In this document: positions 28,928 through 44,890 of the stretch, in pieces
Numbering within the stretch: position 1 is the first letter of the stretch
Layout of the letters: the number at the start of each line of letters is the position of its first letter
Assembly: GCA_965248305.1 (NCBI GenBank)
Contig: OZ252099.1
Location: 2,416,338 to 2,480,337, forward strand
Reading direction: 5' to 3'
From: Bryobacterales bacterium
GTDB taxonomy: Bacteria; Acidobacteriota; Terriglobia; Bryobacterales; UBA6623
Length of the DNA stretch: 64,000 nucleotides
Program-made: the position numbers and the translations under genes
Notes under the pieces: model-generated
What the model saw: the letters and a program-made list of their open reading frames with translations, nothing else
What the model was told of the DNA's origin: nothing
Databases searched by the model: none

Positions 28928-29929
28928 TCAGCGACCCCGGCCCGCCTCGCGCTCCGGAACCGGAAGGGCCGGCCCGGCGTCCCGGCCGGCCGAGGCCTCC
29001 CGCCTGGCTGGCTCCATTTCGGGCACCCTCGGGGTGACGTAGCGCGAGATCCGCTCGGCGCCGTAGGCGGCTTGGTAGATCTCGCGGGGATCCTCCCGGA
29101 GCGCCTTGGCCCACTCGGCGGCGAAGCCGGCGTGCCGGGAGGGGTCGTGGCCCAGGCCCAGCCGGCACCCCGTCAGGTACGAGTGGATCTCGGCCCGCAG
29201 CTCCTCGCGGGCGTACTCGCGCGAGCCGAGGCCCCCAGCGAGCCCGCCCTCCAGAGTGGGCCGGTTCAGGCGGGAAGGATGGCCGGTCCAGTGCCCGACC
29301 TCGTGGATGGCGGTCCGGTAGTAGGCCTGCCGGCTGGCGAACCGCTCCGGATCGGGCAGCTCGATGCGGTCCCGCCCGAGGTCGTAGCGCGCGCTGCCGG
29401 AGGCCGAGACATCGATCCCGGGGGCGGCCAGGATCTTCCCGACCGGAGGGCGGTGGCTCCAGACGGTGCCGACGTGATCAAGGCACGGAAGGCCCTCGCA
29501 CTGCTCGGCGTTGTAGACGGGGTTGCGGAACACGCGCGTCTCCCAGCGATCGCCCGTTCTGGGGTCCTGGCCGCCGAAGCGCCAGTGGAGCGCGGTGGTC
29601 TCGCGTTCGCCGGCACGCACCCGGCCGCCCTCCTGGGCGATTTCCTCCGCGGTTCCCCAGCGCGGATCGGAGTAGCCGCGCCGGTCGGCCGCCGCCCCCA
29701 GCCAAATCGCGTTGGCCCCGGTCCAGGGCCGCCCGGCGATGCCCTCCGGGAAGGCGTAGCTGCCATCGCGCTCGACCATCCAGGGAGCCCGGCCCCGCTC
29801 GGCCTGCGTTGCCAGGAATTCAGAGGCGCGGCGGTAGTGCTCGGCGGCGGCGCTGATCTCCAGATCCGCGCGCACGAGGCTTCCGCCCCGAAGCCCGACC
29901 ATGCGCTCGCCGCCGATGCGCACCTCCAT
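28928..29929 (-). CDS. ardC: ArdC-like protein (ssDNA-binding domain plus zincin)
   Basis: APW, GANAIWL, DPRWGT, VYNAEQ, HEVGHWTGHPSRLNR and YAREELRAE. Start approximate. Confidence 0.88.
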   Translation of the reverse strand: MEVRIGGERMVGLRGGSLVRADLEISAAAEHYRRASEFLATQAERGRAPWMVERDGSYAFPEGIAGRPWTGANAIWLGAAADRRGYSDPRWGTAEEIAQEGGRVRAGERETTALHWRFGGQDPRTGDRWETRVFRNPVYNAEQCEGLPCLDHVGTVWSHRPPVGKILAAPGIDVSASGSARYDLGRDRIELPDPERFASRQAYYRTAIHEVGHWTGHPSRLNRPTLEGGLAGGLGSREYAREELRAEIHSYLTGCRLGLGHDPSRHAGFAAEWAKALREDPREIYQAAYGAERISRYVTPRVPEMEPARREASAGRDAGPALPVPEREAGRGR

Positions 29930-29934
29930 GTCCC

Positions 29935-30120
29935 TCACCGGGGTGCCTCCCCGCAGGCGCAGGCGGCGTTGCAGGCCCCCGCCGCGGCGGAGCCGGCATA
30001 CGCCAGGAGCCCAGCCACGACGACGCACACGGCAACGAGCACCAGCGCGCTCGCGACCAGGCCCGGGTCGGGCCGGGAATGACGGAAGGATGTCATCGGG
30101 AACCCGTCGCCCGGGCGCAC
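29935..30120 (-). CDS. Small membrane peptide with a Cys-rich tail
   Basis: Hydrophobic helix followed by ACNAACAC, between ssb and ardC. Confidence 0.3.
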   Translation of the reverse strand: MRPGDGFPMTSFRHSRPDPGLVASALVLVAVCVVVAGLLAYAGSAAAGACNAACACGEAPR

Positions 30121-30135
30121 GACTCGCCGGGCCCG

Positions 30136-30570
30136 CTAGAACGGAATATTGTCATCGCTGCCCCCCGGAGACGGGGCACCCGCTTCCCGAGCGGCCCCCT
30201 CGCCGGGGTCCGCCCCGGCCCCGGCCTGCGCCGGTGCCAGCAGGATGACGTCGCCGGCGAAGCAGGCCACCTCGGTGCGCTGGCGCTTGTGCCCTTCGCG
30301 GTCCTCCCAGCTCCGGGTGCGGAGCCGCCCGGCGACGTGGACCTGGTCCCCTTTCCGCAGACGGTCCCTGTGATCCCTGAGCCGGTCCGCCTTCCACACG
30401 ACGACGTCGTGCCATTCGGTTTCGTCAGCCCACTCCCCGTCGGCGCGGCGGTAGCTGCGGGAAGTGGCGAGCCGGAGGGTGGCCAGCTCCTCGCCGCTGG
30501 CCAGTGTTCGGAATTCGGCGTCCCCGCCGAGATTGCCCAGCAGGAACGATTGGTTGATGGTGCGTGCCAT
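30136..30570 (-). CDS. ssb: Single-stranded DNA-binding protein
   Basis: INQSFLLGNLGGD, LATS, ETEWHDVV, KGDQVHVAGRLRTRSW and C-terminal DDNIPF. Confidence 0.95.
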   Translation of the reverse strand: MARTINQSFLLGNLGGDAEFRTLASGEELATLRLATSRSYRRADGEWADETEWHDVVVWKADRLRDHRDRLRKGDQVHVAGRLRTRSWEDREGHKRQRTEVACFAGDVILLAPAQAGAGADPGEGAAREAGAPSPGGSDDNIPF

Positions 30571-30740
30571 GCATTCGAGGCTAGCCCGGAACGGTTCGGG
30601 CCACAAGCCCGCGGCGCGCCGCAGCCGCGGAAGAGGGCCCGCGAACCGCCCTCCGGCGCCGCAGGGCTCCAGGGTCCCGGTGCTACGATCGGCACTGCCG
30701 TGCCTGACCGGTCCGAGCGAGCGCTTCCGGAGGCCTCCCG

Positions 30741-31115
30741 TTGACGGAGGCCCGCGCGAAACGCCGCCGGCGCGCGCTGGAGGCGTCCGGCATCCTGCGC
30801 TGCCAGTGGCCGCTCAAGGCGGAGGGCCAGGACGACGTCGACGAGACGGCGGACGGCCTGTGGCGGGCGCGGGAAGACGCCAGCTGGGAAGCCCTGCTGC
30901 TGCGCCTCGACACATCGCTCGCCGCGATCGAGACCGAGCACAGCCGCCAATGGCGCCGCGTGCTGGCCCGCCAGAAGCACCGGGAAAGCCGGCTCCAGGC
31001 CACCCTGGAGGCCGCGCCCTCGAGAGTCCCTCTGCGCCTGCGCAGGCTCTGGTGGTGGCTGCGCCTGCGCTCGGCCGGGGGCGGGGCGGGATCCGGACGG
31101 TCAAGTCCGCGCTGA
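30741..31115 (+). CDS. Hypothetical helical protein
   Basis: ORF upstream of virB8, possibly continuing by frameshift to 31390. Confidence 0.3.
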   Translation: MTEARAKRRRRALEASGILRCQWPLKAEGQDDVDETADGLWRAREDASWEALLLRLDTSLAAIETEHSRQWRRVLARQKHRESRLQATLEAAPSRVPLRLRRLWWWLRLRSAGGGAGSGRSSPR

Positions 31116-31425
31116 AGGGCGACCCCGCGACCGGCCCCGAGTGGACCGAGGCCCTCGAGCGCAAGCATTCCCTGCAGGCGGCCGCGCTGGGCGAGCGCCA
31201 CGAGCGCCAGCTCGCCCGCGCCGCGTTCGAGGCCGCGCGGGCCTACCGCGCCGACATGCACCGCCAGGTGGCGCTGTGCCGGCGGGACGCCGCCGCCGTG
31301 CTGCCCGGGCAGGCCGATCGTGAGGCCGGCGTGCAGGCCCGGCCGATGGCCTCCAGCGGCGATCTCGCCGCGCCAGGGACCCCCGGCTGACCCCACCCCG
31401 GCCGGCCTGCGATATGCTATCCGGC

Positions 31426-32091
31426 GTGAGCGAACCCAAGCGTGGCACCGACCCGGCGGGCGACTTCGCGGAGATCTGGGACTCCGAGCGCCGCAACGCC
31501 AGCTACCTCCGGGTCGTCACGGGAGGGCTGCTGGTCCTGCTCCTGGCGCTGTCGACCGGCTGGTGCCGGTCAGCCAGCCGGACCCTGCAGCCGGTGTTCG
31601 TGCGCGTCGACGAGATCGGCCGCGCCGAGGCGCTCGACTACGAGGCGCTGACCTGGCAGAACGACCCCCTGCACCCGTCCACCAAGTACTTCCTGCGCCA
31701 GTTTGTCACCGACCACTACTCGCGGCGGTTCGCGACAGTCGGGGAGCGCTGGCCGCATTCGCTGGCATTCCTGGAGCGCAGCCTGGCCGCCGCGTCCGCG
31801 GAAGCGCACCAGCAGGAGATCGCGGAATTCTCGGCCGGGGTGATCCGCGAGGAGCGCGCCGTGGAGAATCTCGTGCTGCGCATCCTGGCGCGCCCGGAGG
31901 AGCCCCACGAGGCGACCGCCGACTACGACGTCGTGCGTCGGCTGAACGCGCGGGAGGTCGCCCGCGAGCGCTGGACGACGAACATGCAGTTCGTCTTCCG
32001 CGACGTCGACCCCTACGAGCTGACGACCAACCCGATCGGGCTGACCATCACCTACTACGCCGAGGACCGGGCGGTGTCGTCGGGGGGCTAG
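31426..32091 (+). CDS. VirB8/TrbF-family T4SS protein
   Basis: Single N-terminal TM, then VFVRVDEIGRA, YFLRQFV and C-terminal NPIGLTITYY. Confidence 0.88.
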   Translation: MSEPKRGTDPAGDFAEIWDSERRNASYLRVVTGGLLVLLLALSTGWCRSASRTLQPVFVRVDEIGRAEALDYEALTWQNDPLHPSTKYFLRQFVTDHYSRRFATVGERWPHSLAFLERSLAAASAEAHQQEIAEFSAGVIREERAVENLVLRILARPEEPHEATADYDVVRRLNAREVARERWTTNMQFVFRDVDPYELTTNPIGLTITYYAEDRAVSSGG

Positions 32092-32095
32092 GCCC

Positions 32096-32434
32096 GTGGT
32101 TCCCTGGCAGGTGGCGACCGGCCTGACGCTGGTGATCGGCGGCGTTTCGGCCATCCTGCTGCTGGACCGGCTGGACTACCTGACCGGCTACTGGGGCCTC
32201 GTCCTGGGCGAGCACGGATGGGCCATCGCCGCCCCGGCGGTCACGGCCCTGGCCAGCGTCTTCGCCGCGATCCACTGGGCGGCCCGCAAGGCCGGTCTGG
32301 GAGACCTCGGCCGGAAGGTCGACCACATCGACCGGGGCCTCCACGAGGACGGCGCCGCGCACGACCGGGACCTGGCCGCGGCCCTGCGGCGGGACCGCGC
32401 CGCGGAATGGGGCCCGGGCGGGTCCGCCCACTGA
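32096..32434 (+). CDS. Small 2-TM hypothetical protein
   Basis: Two hydrophobic segments, 4 bp downstream of virB8. Confidence 0.6.
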   Translation: MVPWQVATGLTLVIGGVSAILLLDRLDYLTGYWGLVLGEHGWAIAAPAVTALASVFAAIHWAARKAGLGDLGRKVDHIDRGLHEDGAAHDRDLAAALRRDRAAEWGPGGSAH

Positions 32435-32599
32435 CCATCCACGGCACCCGGAGCCGCGCTGCCAGCGCTGGCGGTATTCGCGGCTGCGCCGCGCCCATGC
32501 GGTCGAACTCGACCTGGGTGGGAGACAGCCCCGCGCGGTAGCGAAGGTTCTGGCAACACTTGCAGACGCTCTTGCGCGGCCCCCGGTGCGGCCTGCCGT

Positions 32600-33400
32600 T
32601 TACCCACAAGTCTTGTTCTTACGCAGCCTCAGATGGAGTTTGCTGTCTTGGTCGAGACGGAGACTCCGTTCGCAGGCTTGCACGATGGTGGCCAGCCGGG
32701 TGTAGCCTTCCCACCGCACTTGGTAGCCGGGCCCGCGCAGCGCTTGCGCTTGAAGCCCAGATACCCGCCCAGCATGGTCGTCGTCAGCACTGCCCGCCCG
32801 ATGTTGTCCGGCGGCGGCAGCTTGCGATCCTTCGCAAAGTCCTCCAGGACGGCGATCTCGATGTCGGAAAACAGCGTCTCGGCCGGCAGTTCCGGCGTGT
32901 CGCGGCCCAGCAGCGTCATCGCCATCAGCCGTCACGCGATCACCGCCTTGATCGTCACCGCCCGTTCGATCCACTCCCCCGTTCGATCCACTCCCCCGTC
33001 CGATGCGCCATGTACTCCACCTTGCAGCCCGTCTTCAACACCCGGTGCCAGTCCTCGATGCGCCACCGCAGCCGGTACCATTCCAGCACCCGCTCCGCGT
33101 CCTGCCGGGACTGCACCGCCAGCGTTGTGAGCAGGAACCACTCCAGCCGCTCGGCCCCCTCCGGCTGCGCCTCCTCCCGCACGTGCACCAGGTTCAGCCG
33201 CGCCGCCGCGGCGGCCTTGTCCGGGTCCGGCAGCTCCACCGCCCCTTCTCTCGAACGCCCGGCAAGAGCGGCATCTCTGCTATATCTGGGACGGCTGGCA
33301 AATCGCGACCGTCTATGAAAAACGGGAACTCGACAATGACGGGCTGTCCTGAGGTCCCGATGACGAACCTGCCGGCAAACCGCTCGAACGCATCCGCGCG
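32600..33400 (-). pseudogene. IS4-family (IS50/Tn5-like) transposase remnant
   Basis: LEWFLLTT...WYRLRWRIEDWHRVLKTGCKVE and MLGGYLG...W.GY. Several frameshifts and a 17-bp tandem duplication at 32964-32997. Confidence 0.85.
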
Positions 33401-33531
33401 CGCGTCGTGCGCCGCGCATGCGGTCGCAAGACAAGCACGGCCGGCCCGTCAGCTCGGCGAAGCCGGTCGAGGAGTAGGAATAGCCGGCGGGCAATGCGGA
33501 TCCCTCATTGCAGGAAACGGGTGGTGACTGG

Positions 33532-35071
<1,540 letters not shown>

Positions 35072-35079
<8 letters not shown>

Positions 35080-37430
35080 GTACGTTGGCGCTGATCATTG
35101 GGAGCGGACGACGGTTTTCGGCCTTGCGCGGTGGAAAAATGGCCTTGCGTTCAAAAACATACCTGATTACCCGGGAGTCTCAGCCGCATTTAGGAGTCGA
35201 GAATTTGTAGATTCTAGCCTTGATCCGGTTGACCTAGAATGCTGTTTGATGTATAATAAGTAACTGACAACAAAGGAGTTGCCTATGCCTAAGAACCAAG
35301 TCCAGTTCCAGAAGGGACAGAGCCTGCGGGACTTCCTCAAGCTCTACGGAACCGACCAGCAATGCGCCCAAGCGTTGTTCCAGTCGCGCTGGCCGGAGGG
35401 CTTTCGCTGCCCCGCCTGCGGCTACCATAAGTACTGTCAGCTGCACACTCGCAAGGTCTTCCAGTGCATCCGCTGCAAGCATCAGGCCTCGCTGACCGCA
35501 GGCACCCTGTTGGAGAACACCAAGCTGCCGCTGAGCACCTGGTTCCTGGCGATCTATTGGCTCACGCAATCTAAGAATGGCATCTCGGCGATGGACCTCA
35601 AGCGCCAGTTGGGGGTGAGCTACAACACCGCCTGGATGCTCAAGCACAAACTGATGCAGGCGATGCGCGAGCGGGACGACAGCCAGCCGCTGGGGGGCAT
35701 CGTGGAGATGGACGACGCCTATCTGGGCGGGGAGGCGGTCGGGGGCAAGCGCGGTCGAGGCGCGGCCCGCAAGACGCCCTTCCTGGCGGCGGCACAAGTC
35801 AGCGAGGACGGGCGGCCGCAGCGGCTGCGGCTGAGCCCGGTGGTCGGCTTCCGCCGCCGCGCAGTGCAAGCCTGGGCGCAGCAGCACCTGCGGCCGGGGA
35901 CGCTGGTGCGCTCGGACGGGCTGGCGTGCTTCCGGGGGGTGCAGGCGGCCGGTTGCGAACACCAGCCGCGCGTCACCGGAGGCGGCAAGGGCAGCTGCGA
36001 GACGCCCGGGCTGACTTGGGTGAACACGCTGCTGGGCAACGTCAAGCGCTCGATTGACGGCACCTATCACGCCTGCGACGCGCGTTACGCGGGGCGCTAC
36101 CTCGCCGAATTCGCCTACCGCTTCAACCGGCGCTACCAGCTGGTCGATCTCGTGCCCCGCCTCGCCTATGTCGCCCTGCGCACTGCTCCGCTGCCCTACC
36201 GGCTCTTAACTGTGGCTGGAACTAATGGGTAATCAGGAAAACATAAATTTCTCCGAGACAGGCCGACCTGTGATCAAGATCGCTGAGCTGAAGTCTGGCA
36301 TTACAAATCAGACCAAGTTCACCGACGGTGATTACGATGAGAGCGTGTTTGTGAAAAGTGGCGACATGCTCTTCTCTTGGTCGGGCAATCCAGACACATC
36401 GATTGACGTTTCCCGTTGGGAAGGCCCCGAAGGATGGCTCAACCAGCACATCTACAAGGTGACGCCGCACAAAGGAGTGGACGAAGATTTTCTATTCTTC
36501 CTTTTGCGCTGGCTGCGCCCGCGATTTGCGGAGATTGCGCGCAACAAGCAGACCACCGGGCTTGGCCACGTAACCCTGCAAGACTTCAAGAACATGGCGG
36601 TCGGCTTGCCAAACGAGGTCGAGCAAATAGCGATCGTCTCATTCGTTCGCCCAGTCCAAGAGAAGATCGAGCTAAACCGCCGGATGAACGCGACGCTGGA
36701 GGCGATGGCGCGGGCAATCTTCAAGGACTGGTTCGTCGATTTCGGCCCCACCCGCGCCAAGGCGGAAGGCCGCGCCCCCTACCTCGCCCTCGACCTCTGG
36801 GACCTGTTCCCCGATGCCCTCGACGACGAAGACAAGCCGGTCGGATGGCGGGCTGGGACAGTTGGCGATTGCTTCCGCCTAACCATGGGGCAATCCCCTC
36901 CGGGGAGCACCTATAACGACTTCGGAGAAGGGCTGCCCTTCTTCCAAGGCCGGACGAATTTTGGGTTCCGGTATCCAGAGAATCGCAAGTACTGCACTGC
37001 ACCGACCAGAATCGCAGAGCGCGACGATACTCTCGTGAGCGTTCGCGCGCCGGTCGGCGACATCAACATGGCGTGGGAGAAATGCTGTGCCGGGCGGGGA
37101 GTTGCAGCTCTCCGTCATACGTCGGGGTCACGCTCCTTCACCTACTACTCGGCATCGGCGATACAGCAGGAGTTGAAGCAGTACGAACATACCGGCACGG
37201 TATTTGGCGCAATCAACAAAAAGCAATTCGAAGCCCTAAGTGTCATGGAGCCGACACCAGAGATCGTTGCGCTTTTTGAGAGCCAAGTCGCACCTCTCGA
37301 CGAACGCATCAGGAAGAACGTTTCCGAGAGCAGAACCCTCACCCAGGCTCGCGACCTCCTCCTCCCAAAGCTAATGTCCGGTGAGATCCGCCTTGCCGAG
37401 GCCGAGAAGGGGCTGGAGGCAGTCGCATGA
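35072..37430 (+). pseudogene. hsdS: Type I R-M specificity subunit interrupted by IS1595
   Basis: Removing the IS restores KNGLAFKNI-NFSETGRPVIKI. Two TRDs and conserved IELNRRMNATLEAMA / RDLLLPKLMSGEI. Confidence 0.93.
35162..36237 (+). mobile_element. IS1595-family element, copy 1 (transposase about 35285..36232)
   Basis: TIR CCTGATTACCC, 8-bp TSD AAAACATA. Zn ribbon CPAC..CIRC, EMDDAY, SDG and YLAEFAYRFNRR. Confidence 0.95.
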
Positions 37431-38388
37431 GTTCGCCGTTGGGAAGATCCGTTCGTCTTTTCTTGGTGGATGGAACCGCTACTGGCCTCATCACAGCCGA
37501 GATCATGAACTGGACAGGGCATGTGTTGGCCGGATCGCGCAGCGGCCTGCCCGCCTTTCTCAAGCGTCGGGAGCTCGACCGAACTGGCATCTATTTCCTC
37601 ACGGGACCAGATCCCGAGGACCCGGACACGCTGCAACTCTACATCGGCGAAAGCGACAATGTGCGCAAACGCCTCGTCCAGCACAACAAGGATGAGAAGA
37701 AAGACTTCTGGGAACGCACCTGCGTCGTGACTAGCAAGGACCAGAACATCACCAAGGCGCACGCACGCTATCTTGAGTCCCGGCTGATTGCCATTGCGAA
37801 TGCCGCTGGCACCGCCACTGTCGTCAACGGGACAGCCCCGCCCCCTGTCGCTCTACCTGAGGCCGATGCATCGGATATGGAGTTCTTTGTCGATCAGCTT
37901 CGGCTGATCCTTCCCGTCCTCGGTCTCGATTTTATGCGCCTACGCAAGGCCACGGCGCGGACGACGATAGACGCTACCGAAAAGCCCGGACAAGCCGATG
38001 TTGCACCTCTTTTCCGGCTGGCAAGCAAGACACAGGGCCTCGAAGCCCAAGCGCGCGAAATCGGTGGCGAGTTTGTTGTCCTGGCCGGGTCCGATGCTGC
38101 GAAGGATTGGTCGAGCACATCTGACCACAGCTATTCAAGACGGCACGCTCAGTTGATCAAGTCAGGGAAACTCATGCCCGCAGACAAGGGTCGTGTGCGC
38201 TTTGCTGAGGATGTTGCATTTCGGAGTCCCAGTGCTGCGTCAGCCGTGATTTTCGGAAGGCCGGACAACGGCAGGGTTTCTTGGAAGGTCAGCGGTTCGA
38301 ACGCCACCTACGGGGACTGGCAGTCCGAACAGGCGGTCAAGACATCGTCCGAGGCATCAAATGCCGACGATGATGGCGAGGCTGCAGG

Positions 38389-38392
<4 letters not shown>
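37427..38392 (+). CDS. GIY-YIG nuclease with C-terminal DUF4357-like domain
   Basis: GIYFL...YIGES...RLVQH, and C-terminal FRSPSAASAVIFGRPDNGRVSWK. Confidence 0.9.
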
Positions 38393-41523
<3,131 letters not shown>

Positions 41524-41527
<4 letters not shown>

Positions 41528-44500
41528 CAGCCAAGGCGTTTGAGATACAGGTTCAGGATGATCATCTCGCGCGCATAGCGCAGACTCGGAAGCCAGTCTT
41601 AGCGCTCGCCGAGCTGATCTGGAACGCGGTCGACGCGGACGCGACGCGTATCGACGTAACCCTGATTAACAACGATTTGGACGGACTCGAGGCTATCGAG
41701 GTCACGGACAACGGGCACGGAATCCCCTATGCCCAAGCGGAGGATCTGTTCTCGCGTCTGGGTGGGTCATGGAAGCAATCGCGCACCCACTCCAACGAAG
41801 AAAATCGCATTCTCCACGGCAAGGAAGGGCGGGGGCGATTCCGCGCCTTCTCTCTTGGCCGCGTCGTTGAATGGGACGTTCGTGCCGCTGACCCTTCGGG
41901 TGCCCTTCAGCGCTACCGCATTTCTATGATCGCGGATCGTTTGCGTCGCGTGGAGATCAGCGCCGCAGCCCCCGTCACCGATGGGGCGGGTCGGGGAGTC
42001 ACCGTCACGGTATCGCAGCCCGAGAACGAGTTCCGCTCACTGCGCAACGACACCGCTGTCCATGATCTTGCCCAAATCTTCGCCCTCTACCTTCGGCAGT
42101 ATCCGAAGGTCCGGATCGTCTGCAGCGGCACAGCGCTCGACCCTCGATCGGTCGAGGAGTTGTCGACCTCCTACGGCTTGCCGGAGATTGAGACAACGGA
42201 TGGCAAGAAGCTCCCGGTCTCGCTGGAGATCGTGGAGTGGCGCATCAAGGTGCAGCGGCGGCTGTTCTTCTGCGATGCCAATGAGTTTCCGATCGACGAG
42301 ACGTCGCCTGGCATCCATGCGCCGGGCTTCGAGTTCACCGCTTACCTGAAATCCGACTATTTCGCAGAGCTTCTCGCCTCCAACATGCTCGACCTGGCCA
42401 ACATGGACGCGGCAGCCGTTCGCTGTCTCAATGCCGCTAAGGGGGTTATACGCGAGCACTTCCGCAAGCGCGCCGCCGAAAAGGCCGCCGGATTGGTCGA
42501 GGAATGGCGGAAGGAGGAAATCTACCCTTACGGGGGCGAGCCGACGAACGTCGTCGAGAAAGCCGAGCGCGAGGTTTTCAACGTCCTTGCCCTTAACGTG
42601 AACACCTACCTACCCGACTTCTCGACCTCGGATGAGAAAACCAAGCGCTTCCAGTTCCGCCTGCTCCGCCAAGCCGTGGAGCATGCTCCGGCCGATCTGG
42701 CACGAATCGTTAATGAAGTGCTGGACCTACCTGCGGAAAAGCGCAAAGAGCTGGCTGAACTTCTAGATCGCACCACCCTGGCGGCCATCATCAGCTTGTC
42801 GCGCCTCGTCGCCGACCGGCTCGAATTCTTGCGCGGCCTCGAAACGCTCGTCTTCGATGAGGACCTCAAGAACAGGGTTCGAGAACGATCACAACTTCAC
42901 CGAATCGTGGCCGCCAACTCCTGGATGTTCGGAGAGCAATATCACCTGTCCGTGGACGATCAGTCACTGACCGAAGTGCTCAAGAAGCACATCGAGGTCA
43001 AGGACTGGGAGGTGGAGATTGACACGCCGGTCAAGCGCGCAGACGGCTCGCGGGGCATCGTTGATCTCATGTTCTCTCGAAACATCCAACTCGCCGGCGC
43101 CGAGGATCGGGAGCATCTCGTCGTCGAGCTGAAACGGCCCAAGGTCAAGATTGACTCCGAGGTTGCGGCGCAGATTGAAAGCTATGCATTCGCGGTGGCA
43201 GACGATGAGCGCTTCCGATCCGTTCCGGCTAAGTGGGTTTTCTGGGCGGTGTCAAACGACGTGGACCAGGTGGTGGCCCGCAAGGTTTCCCAGAAGGACC
43301 GGGCGAAGGGCATCCTGTTTCAGGACGAGGAGCAGCGGATCACCATCTGGGTCAAGACCTGGAGCCAGGTCATAAACGATCCTGATTACCCATTAGTTCC
43401 AGCCACAGTTAAGAGCCGGTAGGGCAGCGGAGCAGTGCGCAGGGCGACATAGGCGAGGCGGGGCACGAGATCGACCAGCTGGTAGCGCCGGTTGAAGCGG
43501 TAGGCGAATTCGGCGAGGTAGCGCCCCGCGTAACGCGCGTCGCAGGCGTGATAGGTGCCGTCAATCGAGCGCTTGACGTTGCCCAGCAGCGTGTTCACCC
43601 AAGTCAGCCCGGGCGTCTCGCAGCTGCCCTTGCCGCCTCCGGTGACGCGCGGCTGGTGTTCGCAACCGGCCGCCTGCACCCCCCGGAAGCACGCCAGCCC
43701 GTCCGAGCGCACCAGCGTCCCCGGCCGCAGGTGCTGCTGCGCCCAGGCTTGCACTGCGCGGCGGCGGAAGCCGACCACCGGGCTCAGCCGCAGCCGCTGC
43801 GGCCGCCCGTCCTCGCTGACTTGTGCCGCCGCCAGGAAGGGCGTCTTGCGGGCCGCGCCTCGACCGCGCTTGCCCCCGACTGCCTCCCCGCCCAGATAGG
43901 CGTCGTCCATCTCCACGATGCCCCCCAGCGGCTGGCTGTCGTCCCGCTCGCGCATCGCCTGCATCAGTTTGTGCTTGAGCATCCAGGCGGTGTTGTAGCT
44001 CACCCCCAACTGGCGCTTGAGGTCCATCGCCGAGATGCCATTCTTAGATTGCGTGAGCAAATAGATCGCCAGGAACCAGGTGCTCAGCGGCAGCTTGGTG
44101 TTCTCCAACAGGGTGCCTGCGGTCAGCGAGGCCTGATGCTTGCAGCGGATGCACTGGAAGACCTTGCGAGTGTGCAGCTGACAGTACTTATGGTAGCCGC
44201 AGGCGGGGCAGCGAAAGCCCTCCGGCCAGCGCGACTGGAACAACGCTTGGGCGCATTGCTGGTCGGTTCCGTAGAGCTTGAGGAAGTCCCGCAGGCTCTG
44301 TCCCTTCTGGAACTGGACTTGGTTCTTAGGCATAGGCAACTCCTTTGTTGTCAGTTACTTATTATACATCAAACAGCATTCTAGGTCAACCGGATCAAGG
44401 CTAGAATCTACAAATTCTCGACTCCTAAATGCGGCTGAGACTCCCGGGTAATCAGGTAAACGATTGCAAGGCGCGCCTTCGGTTCTTCGAGGAAAGGCTG

Positions 44501-44632
44501 AACTACACGCCTGATCGGGATTCATCTCTCGAACACCTGAAGAGTACGTACCAGAAATATCTCGCTGATCTGTTCACTGCGAAGTCCGAGGCCGATGAAG
44601 TCGAGGAGGACGCCTTCGAGGTAACGGCCTAG
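41524..44632 (+). pseudogene. GHKL ATPase fused to a PD-(D/E)XK nuclease, interrupted by IS1595
   Basis: ELIWNAVDADA, DNGHGI, GKEGRGRF, then VDLM...VVELKRP...QIESYA. The restored tail reads WSQVIND-CKARLRFF. Confidence 0.88.
43381..44456 (-). mobile_element. IS1595-family element, copy 2
   Basis: Same TIRs as copy 1. TSD TAAACGAT at 43373-43380 and 44457-44464. Near-identical to copy 1. Confidence 0.95.
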
Positions 44633-44890
44633 AAGATCAGTCTTGATCAAGGGCTATTCGGCCACCGCACCCGGCAGGCCCACTCCCGCCCGGCGAGCGG
44701 TTCGGGGAGCCCGTCGCGGGCCGGGCGGTCTCCTGCAAGCTGACGAACAACCCCGACCCGGTGGTAACGCCAGTCGCGATCTCGGTTCGCATGTCGGTAT
44801 CCGTATAGACGTCAAGACGACCGCCGCTCGATCCCGCAGCGGCGCTCGCCCTGGAGCATCCCTCTCGCGATCGGTTTCATCCGCCTCCCC

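Noticed and set aside
27929-30082. Long plus-strand ORF (also 51160..53382, 15782..17668 and similar)
   Set aside because: Antisense shadows of recognisable genes in GC-rich DNA, with no motifs.
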